Source of the DNA: Nitrosopumilus sp.
GTDB taxonomy: Archaea > Thermoproteota > Nitrososphaeria > Nitrososphaerales > Nitrosopumilaceae
Reading direction: 5' to 3'
NCBI GenBank assembly: GCA_029941825.1
Contig: JAPYTM010000002.1
Coordinates: 1 to 34,330 of the forward strand
DNA: 34,330 nt
Part shown: one piece after another, positions 17,218-27,152 of the stretch
Numbering within the stretch: the first letter of the stretch is position 1
Layout: each line of letters begins with the position of its first letter
Notes under the pieces: generated by a model
What the model saw: only the letters and a program-made list of their open reading frames with translations
What the model was told of the DNA's origin: nothing
The model's database searches: none
Program-made: the position numbers and the translations under genes

Positions 17218-18240
17218 TTAACTATTAATCCAACCTAATTTTTTGAAATATGTGAACATCATAATAGCAGGAATAGCTGATGCAATAATCACAACTATGA
17301 AAGTAGTAAATGGGCCTAATATCATCGAATTGTATTCCATTCCTCCTGGTAAATTAACATTCATCCCATAAAATGTCCCAATTACTGTTGATGGAATTGC
17401 TAATGTGAATATGATTGTTAATACTGCCAGAACTTTGTTCGTTTTTTCAGTACTTAACACAAAATCAGTGTCTTTGTAAATTTCCATAGTCTCTCTTGAT
17501 TCTTCTAATGTTTCAATTACTTTGTCTATGTGATCAATTACATCATCAAAATACAATGTAAGTTCCTCGTCTCCTCTATCTGAAAATCTTTTGATATTTT
17601 TTGCAATTTCTAAAACAAATTTCTTTAATGGATTTACTATCCTTCTTAATCGGTTAATTTCTCTTCGAAGTAGTGCGATACTTCTTGCCACTGGCTTTGT
17701 CTCATCAAATACTCTATCTTCAATTTCATCTAGATTTGCAATAATTTTTCTAGAAGTATGTAGAAGATCATCTACTAAAACATCTATTATTTCATGAAGT
17801 AGAAATCCTGGAGATTTTCCTAATAATTTTTCCTTTTTTTGTTGATCTGAGTTTGTTTTACAAATTTCTGCTAATTCCACTAAAGGCTTAAGATCACCTT
17901 GATGAACAGTAACTAGAAAATCTTTTCCTACAAATATGGATAATTGACTATTTTTTGATATTCCTATTTTTTGTGAGAGTGGTGGGAAATGTAATATTAC
18001 AAAGAAATGATCATCATAACTATCCAATTTTGGAAGTTCAAATTTAGTTACACAGTCTTCAATGTTTAGTAAATTGAAATTATATTTTTCAGCTAATTTT
18101 TCAACATCTGTTCTGTCTGGATTTTGTAAATCTATCCAAACAAATTTTCCTCCTTGAATAGTATCAATTTTACTTTCAACAGGTGACTCTATTGATTTTC
18201 TACTTGAACGCAATCTATTGGCAATGAATCCTTTTTTCAA
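17218..18240 (-). CDS. corA: CorA-family Mg2+/Co2+ transporter
   Basis: WIDL, PKLD, LVTVH, TNKVLAVLTI, FYGMN signature, two C-terminal TMs, FKKLGW; TTG start. Confidence 0.93.
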   Translation of the reverse strand: MKKGFIANRLRSSRKSIESPVESKIDTIQGGKFVWIDLQNPDRTDVEKLAEKYNFNLLNIEDCVTKFELPKLDSYDDHFFVILHFPPLSQKIGISKNSQLSIFVGKDFLVTVHQGDLKPLVELAEICKTNSDQQKKEKLLGKSPGFLLHEIIDVLVDDLLHTSRKIIANLDEIEDRVFDETKPVARSIALLRREINRLRRIVNPLKKFVLEIAKNIKRFSDRGDEELTLYFDDVIDHIDKVIETLEESRETMEIYKDTDFVLSTEKTNKVLAVLTIIFTLAIPSTVIGTFYGMNVNLPGGMEYNSMILGPFTTFIVVIIASAIPAIMMFTYFKKLGWINS

Positions 18241-18340
18241 GTTGTAAAACAGCCTTATACAGCAAATTTAAAGCGATCGCTATTTACTTAATGTAAAAAT
18301 TTTGATTTATTTCAAACTTGAAAATTATTCTTGAATTTGA

Positions 18341-18421
18341 TTATTTGAATGGCATCAAATAATTTGCTCCAACCCACGCAAGTGCAACTGTTACAGCCAT
18401 TGCAATCCACCATAATCGCAT
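18341..18421 (-). CDS. Putative 26-aa single-TM microprotein (MRLWWIAMAVTVALAWVGANYLMPFK)
   Basis: ATG at 18421, TAA at 18343-18341; GC-richer than flanks; TTTATTA at -29 to -23 fits a leaderless mRNA. Confidence 0.6.
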   Translation of the reverse strand: MRLWWIAMAVTVALAWVGANYLMPFK

Positions 18422-18515
18422 GTCTTTATTTTAAACTAGTCAATAATAAATCTACAGTCTAATTTCAAATTAAAAATCAAAGATTATTACAGGATGATTA
18501 ATTTTTCTTCTTTGT

Positions 18516-18588
18516 GGCCCTCGTAGTACAGTGGTTAGTATAGAGGATTGTGGATCCTCGGACAGGAGTTCGATTCCCCTCGAGGGCC
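18516..18588 (+). tRNA. tRNA-His(GUG) with encoded G-1
   Basis: G+GCCCTCG/CGAGGGC+C73, anticodon arm GAGGA-TTGTGGA-TCCTC, T-loop TTCGATT. Confidence 0.95.
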
Positions 18589-18597
18589 TATACGATT

Positions 18598-18945
18598 TTA
18601 AAAAATACCAAATTTACTAGATTCCATTTCTTCTTTGATGGCAAGTTTGAATCGAGGCGATTTATTTTCAATGTTTTTTGTTAACCATGTAAGAAATTTT
18701 TTTTCAACATTTTTTCCTTTTAATATTTTAAAATCTAAACCCATCATTTCAACCAATTTCTGAACAAGTGATCTATTAACACTCAATACAAAAAAATGCC
18801 AACCAAATGCAAATTCAGAGTCTGTCATCACAAAATCTTCTTTACTGTGAACCATTTCTTCAAGCATGGATAATTGATGGATTAATGCTTTGCTTGTTTT
18901 ATCATAATCTATTGTAGATACATTAATGTTAATTCGATCATTCAT
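18598..18945 (-). CDS. Hypothetical protein
   Basis: 115-aa ORF co-oriented with upstream genes; no motif recognised. Confidence 0.75.
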   Translation of the reverse strand: MNDRININVSTIDYDKTSKALIHQLSMLEEMVHSKEDFVMTDSEFAFGWHFFVLSVNRSLVQKLVEMMGLDFKILKGKNVEKKFLTWLTKNIENKSPRFKLAIKEEMESSKFGIF

Positions 18946-18976
18946 ATTTTTTTCATGTTAAAACAAAATAAAAGGC

Positions 18977-19747
18977 TTACACAGATTCTTCTTTCAGAAG
19001 ATGTTCAAAATCAATATCAAAATTCATTTTCATTATGTTGATGTATGTTTGAATGGATTCTGGAATTCCTTCACCACATGCCACTCCTAATTTCTTTGCA
19101 TTAATCCAAATTACTAATGTTTGTATGATTGTCAAAAATCGGTCATTTTTAATTTCTGAAGATCCAATAGATTTTGTATATCTTTCTGCAAATTCCCATG
19201 CTGTTACAAAATCTACGCATTTTACTCCAAAAACTGCTAATACTTGTTCTTGCATATTTGAAGCTTTTTTGAAAGGTATTGTGTTAATGATATATGGAAA
19301 TTTCACTTTATCTGGAAGACAATTTGGCAATGGTCCCCATATTGTAATTATTTTTGTTTTATGTTTCAAATTTTCAAATTTTTTTAACATTTGATTAATT
19401 ACACTGTCATCTGTAAACCAGAATAAAATTACTGAAGCATCTGAAATGTCTGATTCTTCTATATTTTCATGAATTAACTGACCTTGAATATTTTTTTGTT
19501 CAAGAATTGTTTTTGCATGTTGAATTTTTTTTAGATTGTAATCTATTCCTACAGCTTTTTTTACATTAAATTCATTTATTGCTATTTCAATTCCTTTTGC
19601 ATCACCACAACCTAAATGATAAAAAACATCATTTTTTCCTAAATCCACAAATTTAAAAATATCTCTAAAAGATTTTTCTGAAAGCTGTACATCCTCCCCA
19701 CTAAGTAAATTTTCTGGAAGTGTTTCTAAATATTCTTCAAATTTCAA
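18977..19747 (-). CDS. Class I SAM-dependent methyltransferase-like protein (Dot1/aKMT-like) with C-terminal extension
   Basis: DVFYHLGCGD motif I, AVGID post-I, DASVILFW; TTG start. Confidence 0.75.
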   Translation of the reverse strand: MKFEEYLETLPENLLSGEDVQLSEKSFRDIFKFVDLGKNDVFYHLGCGDAKGIEIAINEFNVKKAVGIDYNLKKIQHAKTILEQKNIQGQLIHENIEESDISDASVILFWFTDDSVINQMLKKFENLKHKTKIITIWGPLPNCLPDKVKFPYIINTIPFKKASNMQEQVLAVFGVKCVDFVTAWEFAERYTKSIGSSEIKNDRFLTIIQTLVIWINAKKLGVACGEGIPESIQTYINIMKMNFDIDFEHLLKEESV

Positions 19748-19772
19748 TAGCGTTATTTTTACAAGAGAGAAT

Positions 19773-20042
19773 TTATTCTCTTATACTTTCCAATTTTGAA
19801 ACTGCTTGCCACAACTGTGTTCTTACATATGATGGCATATTAGGATCTTGTGTTACATCATCTAAAAGACTAATTGTATTTGCTGCTCTCACGGAAAGTG
19901 AATCCCCTTCTTTACTCAAATCTACAACTAACTCTAAAACAGATTTTTTAATTGTCTTTGGAGTTGAATTACTGGAGGCAATCAGATTTAATGTTTGGAT
20001 TGCTTCCTTCATTGATTCCTTATTTTGAATTGCATCAACCAT
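19773..20042 (-). CDS. UPF0147 family protein
   Basis: TPKTIK, VRAANTISLLDDVTQDPNMPSYVRTQLW. Confidence 0.9.
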   Translation of the reverse strand: MVDAIQNKESMKEAIQTLNLIASSNSTPKTIKKSVLELVVDLSKEGDSLSVRAANTISLLDDVTQDPNMPSYVRTQLWQAVSKLESIRE

Positions 20043-20078
20043 TTCTCAGACTTTTTATTAAAAATTAGAAGTATATAG

Positions 20079-20387
20079 TTACATCTCTACAAACACATTA
20101 TCTGATTCTACTATGACGTTATATGATGCCAAATCTCTAATTTTTACTGGAAATTTAACTAATTTCCCAGTTCCACAATCAAATTGTGCTGCGTGCCAAC
20201 CACAAGTGATTACACACCCATCTAATTTTCCTTCAGATAAACTAGAACCTGAATGTGTGCATGAATCATCTGTTGCACAATATTTACCATCAATGTTTGC
20301 AACTAAAATATCCTTTCCATCGATTGATACTTTGATCATTTTTCCTGGAGATATGTCTGATGTTTTACATGCTATGATTTTCCCCAT
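20079..20387 (-). CDS. Soluble Rieske [2Fe-2S] ferredoxin
   Basis: CTH...CGWH ligands, FD.GTG. Confidence 0.93.
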   Translation of the reverse strand: MGKIIACKTSDISPGKMIKVSIDGKDILVANIDGKYCATDDSCTHSGSSLSEGKLDGCVITCGWHAAQFDCGTGKLVKFPVKIRDLASYNVIVESDNVFVEM

Positions 20388-20429
20388 TGCAGTTTTAACT
20401 AATCATTTCTAATATTTTTACGTATACTA

Positions 20430-21206
20430 ATGATCCGAGAAGCAACTGATAGAGACAAATCATCCATTCTAAAATTTTGTAAAGGTACTTTTTCTTGGGG
20501 AGATTATATAGAATATGTATGGGATTTTTGGCTATCTGAAGGTTCTTTGTTTGTATATGAAAAACAATTACCTATTGGAATTTGTCATGCATTTTATTCA
20601 AAAGATCAGATTTGGATTGAAGGAATTAGAATTGATCCTAATTTTCGTAAACAAAAAATTGCATCACAACTAGTAAAACAGGCTGAATATAATGGAAAAA
20701 AATTTAATGCGTCATTTTCATATATGTTAGTTGACACTGAAAATTCTATCTCCATTTCTATGGCAAATTCTTTAGATTATGAAATTTCTCAAACCTGGAA
20801 TTTTTATTCTCTTGAACCTAAAAAAAATTTCAATTTTAATATTCAGTTTGAAAAATCATTAAATTGTGATATCTATACTCATTATGTTAAATCTTGGAGA
20901 TGGCTTCCAATTGACGATGACACACTATCAAAATTTTACACACAGAATAAAATTATCAAATCTAACCTACATGTTAATAATTCAATTGCGATTATAACTG
21001 ATTCAGAACATTTTGATAAGACATTAATTGTTACATTGTTTTCCGGTTCAGATAATTCCACATTACAAATTATTTTATTTTTACAAAATTATGCTATTGA
21101 GAATGATTATGAACGAATACAAATTTTAACTAAAGAACAATTACAAACTTTTAATTTATTGGAACATAAACTTTCATTCCATTTAATGAAAAAATTTCTA
21201 GTCTGA
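20430..21206 (+). CDS. GNAT-family acetyltransferase
   Basis: MIREAT, WIEGIRIDPNFRKQKIAS (motif A), ENSISI. Confidence 0.82.
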   Translation: MIREATDRDKSSILKFCKGTFSWGDYIEYVWDFWLSEGSLFVYEKQLPIGICHAFYSKDQIWIEGIRIDPNFRKQKIASQLVKQAEYNGKKFNASFSYMLVDTENSISISMANSLDYEISQTWNFYSLEPKKNFNFNIQFEKSLNCDIYTHYVKSWRWLPIDDDTLSKFYTQNKIIKSNLHVNNSIAIITDSEHFDKTLIVTLFSGSDNSTLQIILFLQNYAIENDYERIQILTKEQLQTFNLLEHKLSFHLMKKFLV

Positions 21207-22067
21207 TTTTACAACTTTGATTGTATTTTTTAAAATTCCTAAACCCTCGATTTCCATTTCCACTTTATCACCGTCTTTTAAAAATACTGCATTTGGTTTG
21301 TTCAACATTACTCCTGCAGGAGTTCCAGTGGATATTATATCCCCTTTCTCCAAAGTCATAACTTTAGATATTTTTGAAATTATTTCTGGAATTTTTATAA
21401 ACATGTTGTTTGTTGAAGAATTTTGTCTTAACTCCCCATTGATTTTAGTTGTTAATTTTAGATTTTGAGCATCTTGGATTTCATCAACTGTTGTTATCCA
21501 TGGCCCACATGGTGCAAATGAATCAAAACTCTTTCCTCTAGTGAATTGTTTGTCTTTGAATTGAATATCTCTAGCTGAGACATCATTGAAAACCATATAT
21601 CCAAAAATTACACTTTTTGCGTCCTCTACGCTAATATTTTTACAATTTTTTCCAATTATCATGGCTAATTCCACTTCATAATCTAACTGTGTAACAAAAT
21701 CTGGGCAGACAATATCTGATTTTGTGCCGTTCAATGTTGTCCGTGGTTTTATAACAATGGCTGGATCTTCTGGTGCTTGTAGTCCTTGTTCTTTGGCATG
21801 ATCCACGTAATTAAATGCCAAACAAATTATTTTATTTGGATTTGGAATTGGTGCTAGTAATTTGAATTTAGAAATGTTTTCTTCATATGATAAATCATCT
21901 ATTTTATCTTTAATTTCATTGTACCATCCATCAAAAAGAAAATCTTTTACATTATTTGGAATTGGAATTCCCGTGAGATAAGTAATCTCATCTTTTGTTG
22001 CTACTTTGTCACCTTTTACAAAACCGTATGTTTCATTATTATTGTATGATAGTCGTACTATTTTCAT
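21198..22067 (-). CDS. Fumarylacetoacetate hydrolase family protein
   Basis: NYVDH, DYEVEL, NDVSARD, GKSFD, PCGP, GDIISTGTPAGV. Confidence 0.93.
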   Translation of the reverse strand: MKIVRLSYNNNETYGFVKGDKVATKDEITYLTGIPIPNNVKDFLFDGWYNEIKDKIDDLSYEENISKFKLLAPIPNPNKIICLAFNYVDHAKEQGLQAPEDPAIVIKPRTTLNGTKSDIVCPDFVTQLDYEVELAMIIGKNCKNISVEDAKSVIFGYMVFNDVSARDIQFKDKQFTRGKSFDSFAPCGPWITTVDEIQDAQNLKLTTKINGELRQNSSTNNMFIKIPEIISKISKVMTLEKGDIISTGTPAGVMLNKPNAVFLKDGDKVEMEIEGLGILKNTIKVVKSD

Positions 22068-22073
22068 TATTGA

Positions 22074-23783
22074 TCACTTGTGTGTAAAAATTGCTTGATT
22101 CTGTGAATCTTTTCGACAATATCCAAATCTAACAAATTGAATTTCTTCACCTTCTTTTAATTGTAGATACTGTGGTTCTGTATATACATCCAATTCTTCT
22201 AGACTATCTTCATTAAATTCATCTCCTTTGAATAATACTTTTGGAATTATCATTTTAATTTTATGTGCAGTTTTTTGTGGAACCCATTGAATTTTTGGAA
22301 TATCTGCAATGTTTTTTTCACCTTCAAACTCACCTTCAAATTCTACACCATCTTTTTTAATAGAAATATTTCCTAATCCTAAAAGTCTGATCTGCATTCC
22401 CTCTTTGATGTTTTGTGCATCATCTCCTGAAATATAGAATTCACCATTAACATCAATTTTCCTTTTTCCCATATTCTTAACTGGATGATTAGGGATTTCT
22501 ACTGATGATACTGGCAAATTTTTGACTGTTAATTTTTTTGCATTACTTACCATGAATAGTCTTTTACTATCTGGGTCTACAAATTTTCGATTAAATGCTT
22601 CAAGTGAATCAAATGGTGCTAGAGTATTTGCTTTGGTTAATCCTAATGACATGATGAATTTTCTAATGGCTTCTGGCTTGATTCCTCTCCTTTTTAGTGC
22701 CTCTAGAGTTGGTAATCTTGGATCATCATACCATGAAACCTTTCCTTCTTCAATTAATGGTCTGATGACTCTCTTTGAAATTGGCATTCCTTTGAATTCC
22801 AATCTTGAGAAAAATCCTTGGTATGGCTTTCTCATGTTTAATGTATCTAAAATTGTATCAGTCAACTCTTTTCTTAATTCAAACTCTTTTGAACGAAAAG
22901 CATGTGTCACCCCATCAATACTATCCTCAATTGCAACTGCAAAATCATAACTGGGCCAAATTCTATATTTTTCACCTAATGTGTAATGTTTCCCATCAAT
23001 AATTCTGAACAATACTGGATCTCTCATTACTGCATTGTCTGCTTTCATATCTCCGCGAAATCTCACCACTGCATCTCCGGGTTTGAATTTTTCTTGCATT
23101 TTTCTCCAATTTTTATTATTTTTATCAATATCTTTCATACTACATTTACATGCTTTTCGTTCTCTTCTGTTTTTGCTAATGTCTTCTCTTTTACAAGTAC
23201 AAATGTAAGCTTTACCAGAATTAATTAACTCTATACCTTTTTCATAAAATAATTCCATATCATCTGATGTATTTTTTACTATGTCAAATTCAATTCCTAG
23301 CCATTCTAATCCTACTTTGATTGCTGCATGATATTCCATTCTTTCTGCTTCTGGGTTTGTATCATCCATTCTTAGAATAAATTTTCCGCCATACATTTTT
23401 GCGTATTCTGAATTAATGATGGCAGCTTTTGCATGTCCTATGTGAGGATAACCGTTTGGTTCAGGAGGAAATCTTGTGATTACTTTTCCTTGAATTGCAT
23501 CTTTTAATTCTGGAAGTCCTTCTCGTCCTTGAATTTTTTCTTTAGGTGCTAAAATTTCAGGAAAACTTTTTTCAATTTCTTTTTTCTGTTCTTCAGATGA
23601 TAGTTGATTTACATTAAAAACAATTTCAGAAATATCTTTTGAAATTTCTTTTACTTTGGTTCTAAATTCTGGTTTTGTACCTAGAATTTTACCTAAAACT
23701 ATTTTGTCTCTTGTTTCGCCTCCATGCTCAAATGCATTTTGAAGAGCCATTTTTCTAATCTCTTTCTTTAATTCGTCATCCAT
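22074..23783 (-). CDS. gltX: Glutamyl-tRNA synthetase (archaeal type)
   Basis: TRFPPEPNGYPHIGH, RMDDTNP, ISKR, DDPRLPTL, QFVRFGY. Confidence 0.96.
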   Translation of the reverse strand: MDDELKKEIRKMALQNAFEHGGETRDKIVLGKILGTKPEFRTKVKEISKDISEIVFNVNQLSSEEQKKEIEKSFPEILAPKEKIQGREGLPELKDAIQGKVITRFPPEPNGYPHIGHAKAAIINSEYAKMYGGKFILRMDDTNPEAERMEYHAAIKVGLEWLGIEFDIVKNTSDDMELFYEKGIELINSGKAYICTCKREDISKNRRERKACKCSMKDIDKNNKNWRKMQEKFKPGDAVVRFRGDMKADNAVMRDPVLFRIIDGKHYTLGEKYRIWPSYDFAVAIEDSIDGVTHAFRSKEFELRKELTDTILDTLNMRKPYQGFFSRLEFKGMPISKRVIRPLIEEGKVSWYDDPRLPTLEALKRRGIKPEAIRKFIMSLGLTKANTLAPFDSLEAFNRKFVDPDSKRLFMVSNAKKLTVKNLPVSSVEIPNHPVKNMGKRKIDVNGEFYISGDDAQNIKEGMQIRLLGLGNISIKKDGVEFEGEFEGEKNIADIPKIQWVPQKTAHKIKMIIPKVLFKGDEFNEDSLEELDVYTEPQYLQLKEGEEIQFVRFGYCRKDSQNQAIFTHK

Positions 23784-23801
23784 ACAATCTACCTGTAAAA
23801 A

Positions 23802-24782
23802 TTACACACTTCTCTTAACTACAAAATCCAATAATGTGATTAATTCTGATTTAGCAGAACCTGAGTATTTTGATAATGATTTTTTTGCCTTTTCTGAATA
23901 TTTTTGTGCCTGTCCTCTTACACTTTCCTCAATTCCTAATGATCTTATTACTTCTACTGCTTTGTTGAGGTCTTTTCTTGTTACTTTTGAATTGCCAAAT
24001 GCTTTTAGAATTATTTTTTTATCTTTACCTTTTGCTAATTTAATTGCCATGAGAATTGGCAATGATTTTTTCCCTTCTCTCAAATCATTTCCAACTGGTT
24101 TTTTGGTAACTTTAGGATCTCCCATGACTCCTATTAGATCATCTGTAATTTGAAACGCAATTCCCAAATTTCTTCCAAATGATGAGAGATTTGAAACATC
24201 CTTTGATTTGTTTGATGCACAAATTGCACCCATTGCACAAGATACATCAAATAATGCTGCAGTTTTTTTACCAATCATAGTAATGTAATCTGCCTGTGAT
24301 GGAATTTTTCTTTCTTCGGCCATTTTGATATCTAATAATTGACCTTCACAAATATCTACACAAGCTTTGGCAAGTTTTGATACCAGTTGCATAGTTGCAC
24401 TATCTGATAATTTTGAATTAGAAATTATTTGAAATGCTTTTGAAAATAACACATCACCTGCAAGAATTGCAAGTGGCATTCCATATTTTTTATGGACTGT
24501 TGGAACTCCATGACGCATTTCATCATTATCCATTATATCATCATGAACCAAACTAAAATTATGAACCATTTCTACTGCACTTGCAGCATTCATGGCATTG
24601 GAACTTTTTCCACCTAGAATTTGACAACTTTGAATTACCATGTATGGTCTTAGTCTTTTACCTCCGTGAATAATCAAATGCCCTGCTGCATCATAGAGTT
24701 TTTTTGGATTTCCTTTTAATTTTGAATTAAGATATCTATTTACTTTTTCTGCATTTTTTTCAATCTGTTTAGTTTTTTTCAT
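23802..24782 (-). CDS. Geranylgeranyl diphosphate synthase
   Basis: GGKRLRP, HNFSLVHDDIMD (Phe at -5 indicates short chain), GQLLD, FQITDD, KPVGNDLREGK; within the mevalonate cluster. Confidence 0.93.
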   Translation of the reverse strand: MKKTKQIEKNAEKVNRYLNSKLKGNPKKLYDAAGHLIIHGGKRLRPYMVIQSCQILGGKSSNAMNAASAVEMVHNFSLVHDDIMDNDEMRHGVPTVHKKYGMPLAILAGDVLFSKAFQIISNSKLSDSATMQLVSKLAKACVDICEGQLLDIKMAEERKIPSQADYITMIGKKTAALFDVSCAMGAICASNKSKDVSNLSSFGRNLGIAFQITDDLIGVMGDPKVTKKPVGNDLREGKKSLPILMAIKLAKGKDKKIILKAFGNSKVTRKDLNKAVEVIRSLGIEESVRGQAQKYSEKAKKSLSKYSGSAKSELITLLDFVVKRSV

Positions 24783-25419
24783 TTACTAACCTCCATTTTT
24801 CTTCTGGTAGATGAACTTTGATTGCATCTAACAATCCTTCCTGAACTTTACTATTCATCCATGTGAATAATACATTTGCATGCTTATCAAGCATGGATTT
24901 ATCTGATTTTTTTAATAATTTTAATGCGATTAACATCCATGGACAATAAATTTTGGGATTTATCTTTATTTCAGAAATCAATTCATCTGCAGAAATCCAT
25001 TTGATTTCATCTATTTCACCCTCAATTTCTTTTAGTTCTGTAGATTCATCAATTACTCCAATCAATGTTCCACAAATTTCATTTTCAGAACCTATATCTT
25101 TGTAAGGAACATGATATTCAAATTTATGTAAATAATCTAATTTTCCTTCAATCCCTAATTCTTCGGGCATTCTTCTTTCTCCTGATGAGACAAAAGTTTC
25201 TGATTCTCTTGGATGGCTGGCAAATGTTCCATCCCAATCTCCAGACCATAACATTTTTCCTTTTGCTCTTTTTGTAAGTACTAGTCTTCCATTTTTATCA
25301 AATAATAAAGCCGTAAATGCTCTATGTAATTTTCCATTTGGTAAATGGCATTTTACTTTCTCTTCAGTACCAATTGCATTATCATTCTCATCAACTAAGA
25401 TTACTAAGTCCTCAGGCAT
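24769..25419 (-). CDS. idi: Type 1 (Nudix) isopentenyl diphosphate isomerase
   Basis: VILVDEND, KCH, LHRAF, ASHP, EELG, ENEIC, PW; likely start MPEDL at 25419. Confidence 0.88.
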   Translation of the reverse strand: MPEDLVILVDENDNAIGTEEKVKCHLPNGKLHRAFTALLFDKNGRLVLTKRAKGKMLWSGDWDGTFASHPRESETFVSSGERRMPEELGIEGKLDYLHKFEYHVPYKDIGSENEICGTLIGVIDESTELKEIEGEIDEIKWISADELISEIKINPKIYCPWMLIALKLLKKSDKSMLDKHANVLFTWMNSKVQEGLLDAIKVHLPEEKWRLVNEKN

Positions 25420-26164
25420 TTCTTTTCCCCTTAAATAAAGTCCCTTCAAATTTCTTATTTTTAACAGCCTTTACAATTCTTTCTGGTTTGTTACCATTGA
25501 CAAAAAATACATTCATACCCATTTTTGCAATTTTTAATGCTTCTTCAACTTTCCTGGTCATTCCTCCTGTAACATCCATCACATTTTCTGAAATTATTGG
25601 ATGTTCTTCTTTTAATTCATAAATTAATTTTTTTGATTTAAGATCTGAATACAACCCATCTTCATTTAATGCAAATATGCTTAATCTTGGTCTTAGAATT
25701 TTTGCAAGATGTGTCATAATTTTATCTCCTGATAGAATGTATGTTTTTTTCTGACCAAACCATAATGCATCTCCAAATGTTACTGGAATCATACCTGATT
25801 TTGCAATTTTTTCAATTTCTTTGACTTTTTTTACAATTGGTTTATTCCCTGTCATAAAATCAGTAGGTGGAAGACAGTACGGGGATAGTTTATTTTTTAA
25901 TAAAGAATCTAAAATTATTTTGTTTAACTCAATCATAGAATTTTTAATTATTGCTACTCCTCTAAGATCGTATTTTTTTTCTTTTGTATGCATATCATAT
26001 TTTACAGACCAATAATGTCCATAGGATCCGCCGCCGTGAACGATAATTATTGACTCATTTATTTTTCTTAAACTTTTTACAAGGTTATCTATTGTTTTTT
26101 TCTTAGGTGTTAGTGGTTTTTCTTTATTTGTAATTATTGAACCGCCTAATTTTATCAGAATCAT
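25412..26164 (-). CDS. ipk: Isopentenyl phosphate kinase
   Basis: IKLGGSIITNK, VHGGGSYGH, SGD, DVTGGM; between mvk and idi. Confidence 0.92.
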   Translation of the reverse strand: MILIKLGGSIITNKEKPLTPKKKTIDNLVKSLRKINESIIIVHGGGSYGHYWSVKYDMHTKEKKYDLRGVAIIKNSMIELNKIILDSLLKNKLSPYCLPPTDFMTGNKPIVKKVKEIEKIAKSGMIPVTFGDALWFGQKKTYILSGDKIMTHLAKILRPRLSIFALNEDGLYSDLKSKKLIYELKEEHPIISENVMDVTGGMTRKVEEALKIAKMGMNVFFVNGNKPERIVKAVKNKKFEGTLFKGKRNA

Positions 26165-26187
26165 GATGTTTCAAAATATCTGATCAA

Positions 26188-27129
26188 TTAAAAAGTATTC
26201 AGTCCTTCTAGATCTATTTTTACTGAAAAGCATTCATAATTTTTATTTCTGAATTGATTTATTGTTTCATTCAAATTTGTATCATCAGTCAAGGCAAATA
26301 CACATCCTCCTCCACCAGCTCCTGTGATTTTTGCACCAAAAGATGATTCTTTTCCAATCTGTATCATTTTTCTAATTTTTTCATTTGATATTCCAATAGT
26401 TTCGAGGTATCTTTGATTTTCATTAATTTTCTCCCCTAACCCTTTAATGTTATTTTTTTTTAACAATTCCAAAACGTCTTCAACTAATTTTCCTTCATTT
26501 TTACACAGATTTGAAAATTCATCTTCATTTTTTTCTTTAAATGATTTTACATCTTTGACTATTAATTCTGTAGAATGTTTGATGTTGGAATTTGCAATAA
26601 CTAGGTGAAACTTAGGCTCAAATTTTATTTTTGAAAACCCATTTTCTTTATCATATTGCATAATTCCTCCAAATGTACAAATCGTACAATCTGCTCCTGA
26701 TGTATTTTGAAAAATTGTTTTTTCAGCTTCAATCGCTAATTTCAAAATTTCTTCTTTTGGTGTATCTGAAAACAGTCTAGAAATTGCAGCTGCTCCTGCA
26801 ACACAACATGCAGATGAAGAACCTAATCCTACGCCTAATGGAATTTCTGATTCAACTTTAATTTTAATTCCTATATTTTTATTTTGAATTATTTTGTTTG
26901 CTAAATAATAAAATGGTTTTAATGGCGATTTAATTTTTGAAATATCTTTGTTTGGTTCTAATTCTAAATTTCCAATATTTGATTTAATCAAAATTTTATT
27001 TTCTTTAATTTTCTCAGCAGTAACTGTAATTCTTTTGTCAATTGAACACAAAATAGCTTTAACTCCATATACCACAAAATGTTCTCCAAAAAGAATTACT
27101 TTTCCTGGTGCTGAAGCTTTAGATTCCAA
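26188..27129 (-). CDS. mvk: Mevalonate kinase
   Basis: APGKVILFGEHFVVYG, PLGVGLGSSSA, SGAD, AKITGAGGGG; TTG start. Confidence 0.95.
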   Translation of the reverse strand: MESKASAPGKVILFGEHFVVYGVKAILCSIDKRITVTAEKIKENKILIKSNIGNLELEPNKDISKIKSPLKPFYYLANKIIQNKNIGIKIKVESEIPLGVGLGSSSACCVAGAAAISRLFSDTPKEEILKLAIEAEKTIFQNTSGADCTICTFGGIMQYDKENGFSKIKFEPKFHLVIANSNIKHSTELIVKDVKSFKEKNEDEFSNLCKNEGKLVEDVLELLKKNNIKGLGEKINENQRYLETIGISNEKIRKMIQIGKESSFGAKITGAGGGGCVFALTDDTNLNETINQFRNKNYECFSVKIDLEGLNTF

Positions 27130-27152
27130 GTAAATACAAAAACACTATTGAT

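Noticed and set aside
22522-24153. Several 65-142 aa ORFs antisense to or overlapping gltX and GGPPS (and similar ones elsewhere in the window)
   Set aside because: Shadow frames of well-supported genes with no recognisable motifs
25420-25449. Longer idi start at 25449
   Set aside because: It would overlap ipk by 38 bp; the ATG at 25419 directly precedes the conserved VILVD motif
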